Assembly (NCBI GenBank): GCA_965644315.1
Contig: CBFFRQ010000073.1
Coordinates: 1-64,000 of the forward strand
From: Caecitellus pseudoparvulus
Taxonomy: Eukaryota > Protista > Bigyra: Bicosoecida
DNA length: 64,000 nucleotides
Reading direction: 5' to 3'
Shown here: positions 22,338 to 33,530 of the stretch, piece after piece
Layout of the letters: the number at the start of each line of letters is the position of its first letter
Numbering within the stretch: position 1 is the first letter of the stretch
Translations under genes and position numbers: made by a program
Notes under the pieces: generated by a model
Told to the model about the DNA's origin: nothing
Database searches by the model: none
Seen by the model: only the letters and a program-made list of their open reading frames with translations

Positions 22338-22548
22338 TAATGTAGCGTTTCTCGTCAACACCCCCCCCCCCCCCCTTGCACCACCCCTTGCCTCGCTGAC
22401 CCTCGTTGCAGAGGCAAGTGTGTTCAAAAACCCACGTACTTCCCACTTTTCACGCCTGTACAATTGCAGTGTGCTCGTGCCTGCAGTGATCCCCCCGTAC
22501 ACCCTGTGCCTGTGCCTGGAAAGCGGAACCACACTTCGCACCTTCGCG

Positions 22549-24500
22549 ATGGCTGCCGTTCGCTCCAAGGCTCTCGAGAGCCTGCGCCGCCTCAACGCTG
22601 TGGCAGCTGCAAGTGTGCCCTCTGGGGCATCCTTCTGCTCCCTCTACAGCGCCGTGGCGTGCCCCATGTCCACCATGGCGACAGGGGCTGCTGCCGTGAA
22701 GCAGGGCGGCATGCCCCAGGGCACCCCCGCCGCTGGCGGCGCCCCTGCCCAGGACGACCTGAAGACCATGCCCGACGAGGAAATCGTGAAGCTGCTGTCT
22801 GCAGGCGTATTCCCTCACCACAAGCTGGAGAGCCTGCTGGGTGACGCAACGCGGGCAGTGCACATCCGCCGGAAGCACCTGGAGGTGACGCTGTCCGCAA
22901 GCGAGCTGGGCGATGCTGCCGCCGCTTCTGTGGCTGGCTTGCCTGTGGATCGCTTCAACGAGGATGTCTTCTACCAGTCCATCGAAGGCACCAACTGCGA
23001 GAACGTCATTGGGTGAGTCCCACGCCAGGTGTTCCCGAGTGCGGGGTTTCGCTTGCAGCTGCCCTGGGCGCGCTGGGGCAGAAGGTTTGCACTTTCCCTG
23101 CCCTCCCCGCGCCCCCGCAGGTACATCCCATACCCAGTTGGCGTCATTGGCCCCCTTACACTGGATGGCAAGGACGTTCATGTGCCCATGGCCACGACAG
23201 AGGTGCGCATTGCCGCGGGCGTTTCCGGCGCACCAGCGCCACCCAAACCGTCCGGTACTTGCACTCGCTTCCCCCTCCCCCCTCACAGGGCGCCCTTCTG
23301 GCCAGCGCCAACCGAGGCGCACGTGCCATCTCTCTGGCAGGAGGTGCCACCACCAACCTCCACGATGACGGCATGACCCGTGCCCCCCTCATCAAGATGC
23401 CCACGACGGCTGCCGCAGCCGAGCTGAGGGCGTGGGTGGAGCAGCCTGAGAACTTTGCCACATTGGAGGCAGCCTTCAACTCCACCACCCGCTTCGGCAA
23501 GCTGCGCAGTGTGACGTGCACTGTCGCCGGCCGCAACGTCTTCGTGCGTTTCCGCTGCTTCACTGGTGACGCCATGGGCATGAACATGATCACCAAGGGC
23601 GTCGCCGAGGCGCTGACGGTGCTGCAGAGCGAATTCCCCGCCATGCGCCTGCTGGCCCTCTCTGGCAACATGTGCACGGACAAGAAGCCCTCTGCCGTGA
23701 ACTGGGTCAACGGCCGCGGTAAGACCGTCACCGCCGAGGTGCACCTCACGGGCGACATCCTGGCCAAGGTGCTCAAGACCAACGCCGACGCGCTGGTGGA
23801 GCTGAACACCGCCAAGAACCTCGTCGGCTCCGCCATGGCTGGCTCTGTCGGCGGCTTCAACGCCCACGCCTCCAACCTCGTCACTGCCGTGTACCTGGCG
23901 ACGGGGCAGGACCCCGCCCAGAACGTCGAGTCCTCCAACTGCATCACGCTGTTTGAGAAGGACGAGTCTGGGGACGGCGTGTACGCTTCCGTCACCATGC
24001 CCTCCATTGAGGTGGGCTCCGTCGGCGGCGGCACGTCCTTGCCTGCCCAGAGCGCCGCCCTGTCCATGATGGGCGTCAAGGGTGCCTCCCAGGACACGCC
24101 TGGTGCCAACTCCCAGCAGCTGGCACGCATCGTGGCCGGCGCGACGCTGGCCGGTGAGCTCTCCCTCATGGCTGCGCTCACCTCCGGGGATCTCCTGTCT
24201 GCACACATCAAGCTGAACCGCAAGACGGCGCCAGCTGGTGTGGGTGCAGACACGCCTGCCGCTTCCCCAGCAGGCATTGCTTCCTTCTCCACCGCCACGG
24301 CGGGTGGCGCCGCCGGCTCCGGCCGCCGCTCCCGCTCCCCCTCCGTGCACCCTCACGCTGGGCCCGGCGGAGGTGTCGGCGCCTTCAAGGTGCCCACGGC
24401 TGCCGTCGCCCCCGGCCGCCGCTTCTTCGCTGCCCCCCGGGTCACCTCCCCTGACCTGGACATGGACGGCAGCGAGACCCCTCGCCTGACCGTGCCCTGA
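22549..24500 (+). CDS. HMGR: Class I HMG-CoA reductase, soluble type; exons 22549-23012, 23121-23202, 23289-24500
   Basis: CENVIG|YIPYPVG, PMATTE|GAL, TGDAMGMNM, LSGNMCTDKK, GTxGGG-like GSVGGGT, AGELSL, catalytic His in HIKLNR; both GT-AG introns keep the frame. Confidence 0.96.
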
Positions 24501-24576
24501 GCGGCGCCCCCGCGCCTCCACATGGCACGCGGCACGCGCGTGCACGAGTGAATTGCAATGTACCCACAACCCCACC

Positions 24577-25808
24577 TCACGCCTCAGCCGCCAGCGCCAG
24601 GGCGTTGGCGAGGCGGGTCACTTCCTCCAAGTTGCCAAGCTTGCCTGCCCACGCCAGCCAGTCCACGGAGTCACCTGGGTCGCTGCCAGCAGCAGCGAGA
24701 GCCCCCACGATGGGCGCCCGGCCGCAGTTGTCCCCTGACAGCGCTACGTTGGTGCGCACGGCAGTGGCAAAGTGTGGCGGCACCGTGCTGCTCACTGCGA
24801 ACAGCGCCAACGGCACCGACATCTTCAGGTCGCACGCTGGCGTGTACTTCTTCGAGATGGCAGCGAGCTCGCCGCTGGCCGACTTGGCGTCCTCCACTGC
24901 CCCTGTTGCCAGCGTGATCGCCTCGCTGCTGGCGGTGGCGCTGGAGAGTCCCTCGGAAATAGCCGACCCAAGGTCAGTGCCGGCGATGGCGGCTGCCAGG
25001 CTGCGCACAAGGGCCAGGGACACCACCACGGCGTCGTCAGTGTTCACCAGCGTCCGCACCACCGCCTCTGTCTTGGCATCCAGCTCCGCGCTGCCGGCGA
25101 AGCGAGCTGCAAGGATAACCAGCGTGCCTAGGATGGTGGAGTCGCCGTGCTCCGTGGTGCCGGACAGCGGCCCAACCTTGGCTGGCCCCCCCTCAGCTGT
25201 CATCTTTGCGATGAAGGCCTTCAGCACGCTGGGCATGTACCCCGTGTACGCGCCACCCGGACCTGTGTCGGACGCTCAGGAACGGCGTGCGCGCAGGCAC
25301 GAAGGCATGCTTTGCACGACACGCACCGAATGTCGCCAGCACCTTCGTCTGGAAATCCTCCACGTCAAGGTCGCCCTTCTCAATCAGGGACCGCGCCAGG
25401 ACGAGGCCCAGCTCCGTGTAGTACGTCGTCTGCTTGGCAGAGCAGGTGGGTGTGACCACGGAATCCCCGCAGTTCGGCGACGGTCTCACTCACGTCACCT
25501 GTCTTGAGGGTGCTGTGCGCAAAGTACGCGGGTACACCAGCATGGTAGGTGCCACTAGCATCCTGAGGGATGAACGCGAAGTCCCCCTTGTTGTGCTCAG
25601 AGGCAACTTGCTCCACGCGCGCCTGGGCAGTGGGACGCAGTGCGGCGTGGTGAAACTCCGCAAGCCAAGCCCCGCGCGCTTAATGCGCACGCACGACGTC
25701 GTACACCCAATGCACAGGCATGGCAGCAGCATCTGCGACTGCTGCACCCAGAACCGCAAGGATGCGCCGGCGCGAAGATGCACTGGCGGCAGGCACTTGA
25801 GAGGCCAT
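24577..25808 (-). CDS. ADP-ribosylglycohydrolase family protein (crystallin J1/SelJ-like subgroup); multi-exon
   Basis: AVLGAAVADAAAMPVHWVYD at the N-terminus and AVRTNVALSGDNCGRAPIVGALAAA at the C-terminus; the middle exons are reconstructed only approximately. Confidence 0.8.
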
Positions 25809-26012
25809 GACGAAAGTCTGCCTGGCGTGGTCAGAGGGGGCAATAGGTGCGTCGCGGTTTGCAGCAGTGTCAGGTGTAAGCAGACAAACGTATGTGTGTG
25901 GATTGTGACACCCAGAGCTAAAACGTGCACCACTCTTTGCCGCCGTTCGACGCACACCCACCCCCCTCTCCAGCTGCCTGCCAAGTGGCTGCCTCAGCAT
26001 CAGCTCCACGTC

Positions 26013-27506
26013 ATGGCACAGCGTATTGCCGTCGTGGGCGGCGGCCCTGCCGGGCTAGCCTTTGCGTACACCTTGCGGAGAGTGTGCCCGACAGTTGGCA
26101 TTGACATTTTTGAGGCGTCCTCTCGTTGGGGTGGCTGGCTGCACACTGCTGAGCAAGACGGCTTCCTCTTTGAGCGGGGCTGCCGAGGCATCCGAGCAAG
26201 TTCCGCAGCTGGCGCTCGAGCACTGGACCTCGTCTCATGCCTGGGATTGAGCGCCCAGGCGCTGCCTGCTGCTGCTGAAGCCAACAAAAGATACATTTGG
26301 TACAACGGGCAGCTCTCCCAGGTTCCGAGGTCGCTCGTGCAAGCAGCGCAGTGGCCGTTGTTGGGCAGCCCACTGGCGCTGCTGCGCTCGGCGCTGTCCA
26401 CCGCTCCCGCGTTGCAGCCAGGGGAAGACATCTCAGTGCGGGACTTGGTGACGCGGCACTTGGGCGAGGCGGTGGCAGACAACATCGTCGATGCAGTGCT
26501 GTCTGGTGTGTACGCTGGGGACGCTAGGCAACTCAGTGCACGCAGCGTGTTGCCGTTCCTGGTTGACTGGCTGCAGGCTGGACAGGGCAATCTTGCCCGA
26601 GGCGCAGTCACGCGCGTCGCCACCACCCACTCTGCACCTGGGCCAGAGCCAGCTCGGATGTTCCCCAGAGACCCCCTGCGAGACACGCTTCGCCGGGCCT
26701 CCAGCGTGAACTTCGTGAATGGCATGAGCACCCTCCCTCGTGCGCTGGCGGGCGCACTGGGTCGGGAGGGTGCCGGGCTGCACTTGCAGCAGCCCATTGA
26801 CAGCTTGGAAATGGGAGTCGATAACCAGAGCGTGCAGGTTTGCAGTGGCGGCGAGCGCCATGGGCCGTACGACTACGCCGTCCTTGCCTGCCCGGCGCAC
26901 GCAGCTGCCCAGGCCGTGCAGAGCGTCGCCGCCACCGCAGCGAGCGACCTGAGAGGCATCCCCTCTGCCTCGGTAAGCACAGTGTGTATGGGGTGGAAGA
27001 GCGCCTCCCACCACCAAGTGCTGGGCGGAAGGGTTGGCTTCGGCTACCTCGTCCCATCAGCCCAGCGCAGCCTCGCCCCTGGCGTTCTTGGCGTCGTGTG
27101 GGACAGCTGCGCCTTCCCTGGGCAGGCGCCGGGCGATGCCGGGGGTGTGAGAGTCAGCGTCATGTTTGGGGGTGCGACTGTGTCTGGGCACCCCAACTCT
27201 TGGAGCGAGGGCGAGCTCAAGGAAGCTGCCGTGGCGGCCCTCGTGAACCACCTGCACGGCGGCGACGCGGCTGCGCTGCCACAGCACGACACAGTCCTCG
27301 TACAGCGCTCAGACAACTGCATTCCCCAGTACACCCTTGGCCACGGAAAGAGAGTGTCAGGAGCCCGCAGCGACATCGCCCGCGCTTTCGGAGGCAGGGT
27401 GAGCTTGCTGGGCAACAGCTATGACGGGGTTGGGATTGCGGACACCCTAGCGGCTGCGCAGGCGGCCGCCTGGGAAATGGCATCCACCTTGCGCAGCATC
27501 AGATGA
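26013..27506 (+). CDS. PPOX: Protoporphyrinogen oxidase (HemY/PPOX)
   Basis: IAVVGGGPAGL FAD motif, FEASSRWGGW, FERG, GVYAGD..LSARS, GFGYLVP, LGVVWDS, CIPQYTLGH, GNSYDGVG. Confidence 0.95.
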   Translation: MAQRIAVVGGGPAGLAFAYTLRRVCPTVGIDIFEASSRWGGWLHTAEQDGFLFERGCRGIRASSAAGARALDLVSCLGLSAQALPAAAEANKRYIWYNGQLSQVPRSLVQAAQWPLLGSPLALLRSALSTAPALQPGEDISVRDLVTRHLGEAVADNIVDAVLSGVYAGDARQLSARSVLPFLVDWLQAGQGNLARGAVTRVATTHSAPGPEPARMFPRDPLRDTLRRASSVNFVNGMSTLPRALAGALGREGAGLHLQQPIDSLEMGVDNQSVQVCSGGERHGPYDYAVLACPAHAAAQAVQSVAATAASDLRGIPSASVSTVCMGWKSASHHQVLGGRVGFGYLVPSAQRSLAPGVLGVVWDSCAFPGQAPGDAGGVRVSVMFGGATVSGHPNSWSEGELKEAAVAALVNHLHGGDAAALPQHDTVLVQRSDNCIPQYTLGHGKRVSGARSDIARAFGGRVSLLGNSYDGVGIADTLAAAQAAAWEMASTLRSIR

Positions 27507-27511
27507 GTACG

Positions 27512-30500
27512 TCACAAGTCGCTATACTCGTGCTCGGCAGCCCCCGTCTCACCATAGCTGGCGTGGGCAAAGCCGCCCTCAGCGCCGCCAAGCTCACCGT
27601 CGTCTTCGTCAAAGTCCTCCACAACCTCCCCGTGCTTGGCAGGGTCGTACAGCTCGAATCCCTCACTCGACTGAAGAGAGGCAGAGCTTGCCTTGCTCCC
27701 ATCACCCTTTTGCTGCTGCTCGTGCCGGTCCTGGACCCCTGCTTTGCCCGCAGCCTTGTCCCACATCAAGCTGGCACCCTCACCCAGCAACATCTGCTTG
27801 AGCCCCCTGACGCCCTCCTGCATCTCACGGTTGCGCGTGCGGTACGCTGTCATGTTCATCTTCGCAACCTTCCTCCAGTGCTTGTAGGACTTCAGGTTTT
27901 CTGCTTCCTTGGTTAGGCGGCGAGAGACAATGTCTGCTGCAGTGTTGCGCCGGATGCGGGCGCGGCCCTGCTCGACCCTGGCCTCTTTTGCTGGCAGCAC
28001 AGTCAACTCTGGTGGAAGCGCGACGTTTTTCAGTCGATGGGCAAAGTACCTAAAGTGCGCATGGTGGGGTGGCTTGCCTTTGCGCGCAATGAACACTCCG
28101 CCTCCCCATACCTGCCCCGCTCGAAAGCGCCCCTCGTAGCCAAAGTCCCCCTTGTACGGGAGTGGGTAGTCGTCAAACTTGTCGTACTTTGACATTGCTC
28201 CACGCGTTCGACCATACACGTCCTCATCACTGCTGCTGCCGCTGTCGCTGTCTGACGATGCCCCGACCTCCCCCAGAGCGCCCACTGCAGCGGCGCCTCC
28301 CCCGCGCACAAAGCGGTTGAACCTCGCTTGGCGCTTCTCCCGCCGGGCTCGTCGCCGCCGAGCCTTTGCTTCCTGCACCTCTTCATACTCCTTCATGGAT
28401 GAGACACCCTTCAGCTGCCCGCCTTCGCCGGGCGCTGCCGCAGGCTCTGTGTCTTTGGCAAGTTCTGTGAGGTCCGCTGCCGGGCCAGGTGTGCTCCCCC
28501 CCTTGGCAGCCGCTTGCTGCTTCAGTTCCTTCGCTGTCATTGCGTGAAGCGCTTCTCTCTGCAAGGTATCGGGGGGGTTGTGCAGTTCGCTCTGCGTCCG
28601 CTGTCAGGCGAGCGCGTGCCCGTGAGACTCACCCGTTGCAACTTAGCGGCTTCCTGCCGCTCATCACGGTCAACGTTCAGGAAGGACAGCTCTCCGAAGC
28701 CATTCCTGAAGCCATCCAGGAAGTAACCAGAAAATGTTCCTTGAATCAAACTCACTTGCCCCTCTCCATGACCCTGCAGCAGGCCTCGCTCGAAGCGCCC
28801 CTCCATGCGACCCAGAGTCAAGTCTGCACTCGTACCCTGCCCGTGCAACTCGCCGTAGCGAAAGACCCCGAGCTGATTGACATCAGCGAAGGAACGCATG
28901 CCAGTCCCGTGGAGCATGCCATCCTTGAAGGTGCCCTCCATCACACCGCCTTGGCTGTCAATGTACTTGCCCTTGCCGTTCGGCACGCCTTGCCTCACTT
29001 CACCCTCGTACCGGGCTGTGCAACAAGCAGCGAGGACAAGTGCTCACGAAACACATGCGCTGTGCCACAGTTTAGACCCACATCCATCTGTGAACCTCAA
29101 GGAGCAGTGCCCCTCCAGCAGGCCGTCACAATACTCGTCTCCTTGCAGCAGGGAGGCCCTCAATCTGCGTTTTGGACAAGCGTAGGTCCCCCTGGCCAGG
29201 TCCCCGTTCGCGAAAACTTGCGTGCCTCGACCTCTGCGGCGAAAATACATGTGCGTTCGCTGAGAGCCTCGATGTCATGCCGGGGCTGCCGTACCTTCTC
29301 CGCTCACGCTTGAAGTGCCCCATGAACTTGCCGGACAAGTTCAGCTGAACGCCCAGCCCATGGCGCAGGCCACGAAGCCAGCCGCCCGAGTAGTACCCGC
29401 GGTCATCTGGAAACTTGAACATGCCCTTGCCATGCTTACGCCGGACCACGCGCACTCCGCGCATGTTCACCTCTTGAAAGTCACCTGGCAGCATCGGGTC
29501 CCAGTGCGACTTTGTGGACAGGGGCGGTTCTGCGGCAACGCGGCTTGGGCAGTGACCCTAGGGGCAGTGTATGGCACTGAATACTGCCCAGAGGGCCTAC
29601 GCACTGCTTCTGAACTTGTGAAAGGCAACCTTAAAGTCTGCCCAGTTGTACTTGTGTGTGGCAAGGTACGCCAGACGCGCTCCTTCCGTCGCGTTCGCGA
29701 AGTCAATCGTCCATGTGCACGATTCTATGGGCTTGTGTGTGTGCACCTTGTTCAGGATAAATGGAGTGTTCAGCGGATCATCTCGCTGCGATTGCATGAA
29801 CTGCACCTTGAAGGCCATGCGCTTCTCGCGGGCCCGTGCATCTTCCAACTGTGCAGCGACCATGGCCAGGCGCTTCTTCTTGATGGCCACCTCCTCTGCC
29901 ACAGTCTTGACCCCCTGCGGACACAAGAGAAGAAAAAGGTGCCAAGATGGCGCAGGTCATTCTTTTCGGGCTGCCCGCTAGCTTTACCGGAATGTGCTGG
30001 TTGGGGATGGAGTCAATCAAGTCTTGTGCCTTTCGCATGTCCTCCCGCGCCTCTTCCAGCCCAACCCTCGTCGCAACCCACTCAGGGTCATCGTCATCCA
30101 GTCCGGCCAACAGCCAGCAGGTGAGGGTTCGCGAGTCTACCTCTGGTGGCACGAAGTCTGCTACAAGCTGCACTGATCCACGGTACTCGTCCTGCTCGAG
30201 GCTGTCTGGTTCAAGCTCCGGCCACACCTTGGCCTTCACATAGTACCCCTCTGGAGGTGGTGCGCACTCCTCTTGCCAGTCTTGCGGCAAGAGGATGTTG
30301 CCAGTGCTTGCTTCGACGAAGAACTCGGCTTCGCAGGCAAAGGTGCTGTGGCGAGGCAAAGCAGCAAGAGGTGTGGATGGTTCTTCATGGCGTTGGAGTG
30401 CACCACGCAGGCCTGTGCCTTACGCATTCACAGTCTTGGGATTTGACAGCCGCACTCGGGGGATGAGCCTGCGGGAAGGCCACAGTGAAGTGCCACGCCA

Positions 30501-30637
30501 GGCCAGTGCAGGCGTTGAAACGCCACGCCGCCGCACCGAAAGCTGGTTGGCTTGCCTTCGAAGCCAATCCTGACGTAGAGCTCTGATTTGCGAACATCAT
30601 CTAAAGGCCGTTGGCCAAACTCGGCCTCAGCAGCCAT
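27512..30637 (-). CDS. MORN-repeat protein with coiled-coil segments; multi-exon, boundaries approximate
   Basis: Successive minus-strand ORFs carry MORN motifs (KHGKG...YYSGGWLRGLRHGLG, RRGRGTQVFANGD, PNGKGKY...MEGTFKDGMLHGTG, YEGRFRAGQVWGGG) and are linked by short GT-AG introns. Confidence 0.75.
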
Positions 30638-31268
30638 TGTGCCGACTAGCGGGAGGGGGAGCGGTTTGGAGGCGTTCACAAGCCTGCGGGGTCACAGGGA
30701 GTGGTGTCTGCCCTCGCCGTGAGCGCTGCGGGTTGTTTGCCCGGGCTGTGCGCTGCTAGCGGCACAGCTGGAAATCGAGCGATTATGCTGAGCCCTGTGT
30801 TTTGACGTCCCCCCTCCTGCTTCGCCTGCCCCCTGCTCACACAGCTTCGCAGCGCAGGAGCCTTGCCAGTCACAAGGGGTTGAAGGGCCCTCGTGTCAAC
30901 TTTGCGCAGAGCTGGCAGCCCAAAACAAACAAAAAATCAAGGTGCCACACACATCGAGGCCCCGCAGCGCTATACCAGGGTGCGCGCTTGCCAACCGCAC
31001 GCCCCGCGACAGTGAGTCGGGCTGCTGGCGCGAAGCGACGTTTCATGTGCTGGGTTTGCCAGAAGACTTGGCACGCGTGCGACGGCGTTTCCGACTCACC
31101 TGACGCACCACAGAGCACAGACTCTACAGTTTATTTGCCACACGAAGCCACTTCTTGCTGGTTGTCGCCTTGGCGTGTGGAGAGCGTGGAAGCAGGCTCA
31201 CCCTCTGCTGCCTTGCGGAAACTGGAGCACTGGCTGCTGAAGCTTCCCTTGCCACGTGAACGGTAGGC

Positions 31269-33434
31269 ATGCAAGTCAACTTGCCAGAGTGGGACGACGA
31301 ACGCAGCTCAGATGAAGGTCGGGGTCCGTCTCCAATTTCACCTGCCTCTCTCACTCCTGACGAAGCTCCGGAGGCACCACTGCATGACCACCTCGTGGAT
31401 GTGCCTTGCCGCCCGCAACCACACACCCTTACGGTGACACTATCACCGGGATTGACTACTGTGCGGGCAGACGAGGGCGAAGCTGATGATCGACCCGGTA
31501 TTGGCTCCCAGGCAGCTCCGCAACGGGACCGTGCCACTCCTCCAGACGAAAGCGACGTCCCGCTCCCTCGCTTTGTGAGCAGCCTCTCGGCGTCGCAAGC
31601 TGCTGAGGAAGACGGTGCTGCCAGTCAACAAGACGCAGTACTGGCTACCCTGGACAGTCTTATGCTGGCTGCCGTAGGGCCGAGTTCGCAGTCCCAGGAT
31701 TCAGTGGCAGCACCCCCCCACACAGTGACGCTGGACCTGTCCGCAGCGCTCTCGGCTCGAGCATCAGAACGGCCTGGCCCGCCCTCCCCTACCCTACCAT
31801 CCTTGCCCTCTCAAGAGCTCGTGCAGTGGACACAGAACATGCAAGGCCCGGCCCACACCCCAGGGGGGGGGGTGACGCAGGCTCTACAGCGGCTGCGCAG
31901 GCGGCCTTCCCACCGCAGCCGCATGCATTCCCCAGGCAGCGTGCACAGTCGTCTGTCAACAAAGTCGCAGCTCTCAACAGCTTCCTCTGTTTCACACCAC
32001 GCGAAGGCGTGGAATGCAGGGGTACGGGGGGGGGCCACGGCCGCCATTAGCGGAGGTGGCGGTGCGACTGCACGCCTAGCGCCGACACACCCGCCCAGTG
32101 TGCCCCTCGTCAATGGCAGGCTTGCATGGCGCCGCAAGGCAAAGAGCTCTGGATACGGCCAGAAGCCTGCTGCGTCCCACGCACGCGCCAGCCGCGCCTC
32201 AGCGAGCAACCTTGGTCCGCCAAACGCTCCTCCCCAGGACAGTAGCTCCGCTGCCCCAAGGCAGGACCCGCTGCCCCGCCGTCGTCTGCTGGACAGCTTG
32301 CTACAGCACTTGCGCCGGTCTGGCTGCGTCAGCATGGCAGATGCTCGGCGATCGGCCTTGTTGCTGGTCTCTGACGCGGCAGCTCTGCATGCCGCCGAGG
32401 CCGCCGTGGTGCGGGGCGTTCAGCCTGCCCGGGTGGCCAGCGTCCTGGCCGCGGGACTGAGCGGCGATAGCACAACTGCCGCATCCCAGCACAGCTACAT
32501 TTCCCACTTGCCCGATGCCGAGGTCCGGGCGCGCCTGCAGCGCCTCATGCACGGCACCAGCCAGCCTGCTGACCAGGAGGTTGACGGCAGCTCCGAGCTC
32601 AGTTCGACCGCCTCCAGCAGTGCTTCAGTACCGCAGCAGCAGCCCAGCAAAGACCCCACCCTGGAGCCAGGCGCCATGGTGGATCTGGATGACGCCAGTG
32701 ACGACGCCAGCTCTGCGGATGCCAGCCAGCAACCCACGCCAGCATTCATGGACACACCCCGTAGTGCACCTGTCTTTGGAAGAGCCAGCAGCGTAGAGGG
32801 TGGTGTGCGCGGCAGGGGCCAGGGTCGCCGCCCTCCGCGAGTGCCGGCACGGCAGGTTTCCACTGACACGCACTACTCTGCGCTGTCAGCGGTGGCCGCG
32901 GCGGCGTCCGTATCAGGCGGGTTGCCTGGTGGGCGCACCCGCCGCACGGCATCCACTGGAGCTGGAAGCGTGACTTCGTTTACAGCCGCCCCACTGCGAT
33001 CGTCCGGCAGCCGGCTTCAGCAGGCGTCCAGTGACATCAGCTCTGCCTCAGCACGGCGTGCACCAGGCAGCAGTTTATCGACACCCCGGGATCCACCAGA
33101 ATCGGTGCGGACACCCACGTCCAGCGCCCAGGAGGCGGACTTGGACTCGTCCTCCACCCAAACGTCTCCGTCCCGTGCAACGGGCAAGGCCTCCTCTCCG
33201 CAAGCTGCTGCGGAAGTACTGCATGAGGTCCCGGAAGACTTCCCGCCCTCCCCTGCCACGTCCGTTCATGGTGAGGCACAGCCGTCCCCACCCACCCCTC
33301 TGGATGAGCCACCCGCGCCGTCTGGTGGGACGGAAGCCCCACCTTCCAAGCCATCTGTCGCAGAGGAGGCGCCCTCCCGAGGCTGCTGTGCATGGTGGCC
33401 GTGGAAGCGCCAGGGCTCAGCGACGTCTGCCTGA
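31269..33434 (+). CDS. Hypothetical Ser/Ala/Pro-rich, largely disordered protein (721 aa)
   Basis: Long ATG-initiated ORF filling the gap between flanking genes; no recognisable domain; ends in a GCCAWWPWK motif. Confidence 0.6.
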   Translation: MQVNLPEWDDERSSDEGRGPSPISPASLTPDEAPEAPLHDHLVDVPCRPQPHTLTVTLSPGLTTVRADEGEADDRPGIGSQAAPQRDRATPPDESDVPLPRFVSSLSASQAAEEDGAASQQDAVLATLDSLMLAAVGPSSQSQDSVAAPPHTVTLDLSAALSARASERPGPPSPTLPSLPSQELVQWTQNMQGPAHTPGGGVTQALQRLRRRPSHRSRMHSPGSVHSRLSTKSQLSTASSVSHHAKAWNAGVRGGATAAISGGGGATARLAPTHPPSVPLVNGRLAWRRKAKSSGYGQKPAASHARASRASASNLGPPNAPPQDSSSAAPRQDPLPRRRLLDSLLQHLRRSGCVSMADARRSALLLVSDAAALHAAEAAVVRGVQPARVASVLAAGLSGDSTTAASQHSYISHLPDAEVRARLQRLMHGTSQPADQEVDGSSELSSTASSSASVPQQQPSKDPTLEPGAMVDLDDASDDASSADASQQPTPAFMDTPRSAPVFGRASSVEGGVRGRGQGRRPPRVPARQVSTDTHYSALSAVAAAASVSGGLPGGRTRRTASTGAGSVTSFTAAPLRSSGSRLQQASSDISSASARRAPGSSLSTPRDPPESVRTPTSSAQEADLDSSSTQTSPSRATGKASSPQAAAEVLHEVPEDFPPSPATSVHGEAQPSPPTPLDEPPAPSGGTEAPPSKPSVAEEAPSRGCCAWWPWKRQGSATSA

Positions 33435-33530
33435 GCCAAGTTCTGCTGAGTGGAGCAGTGTGAGCTGACTGCAAGGCACCACACTTTGCACGAGCGCACC
33501 TCACACAAGCACGTCAGAACTGCATTGGGC

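Noticed and set aside
24577-25808. Selenoprotein J (Sec-containing)
   Set aside because: I saw no in-frame TGA at the expected position, and the 76-nt gap to HMGR shows no evident SECIS.
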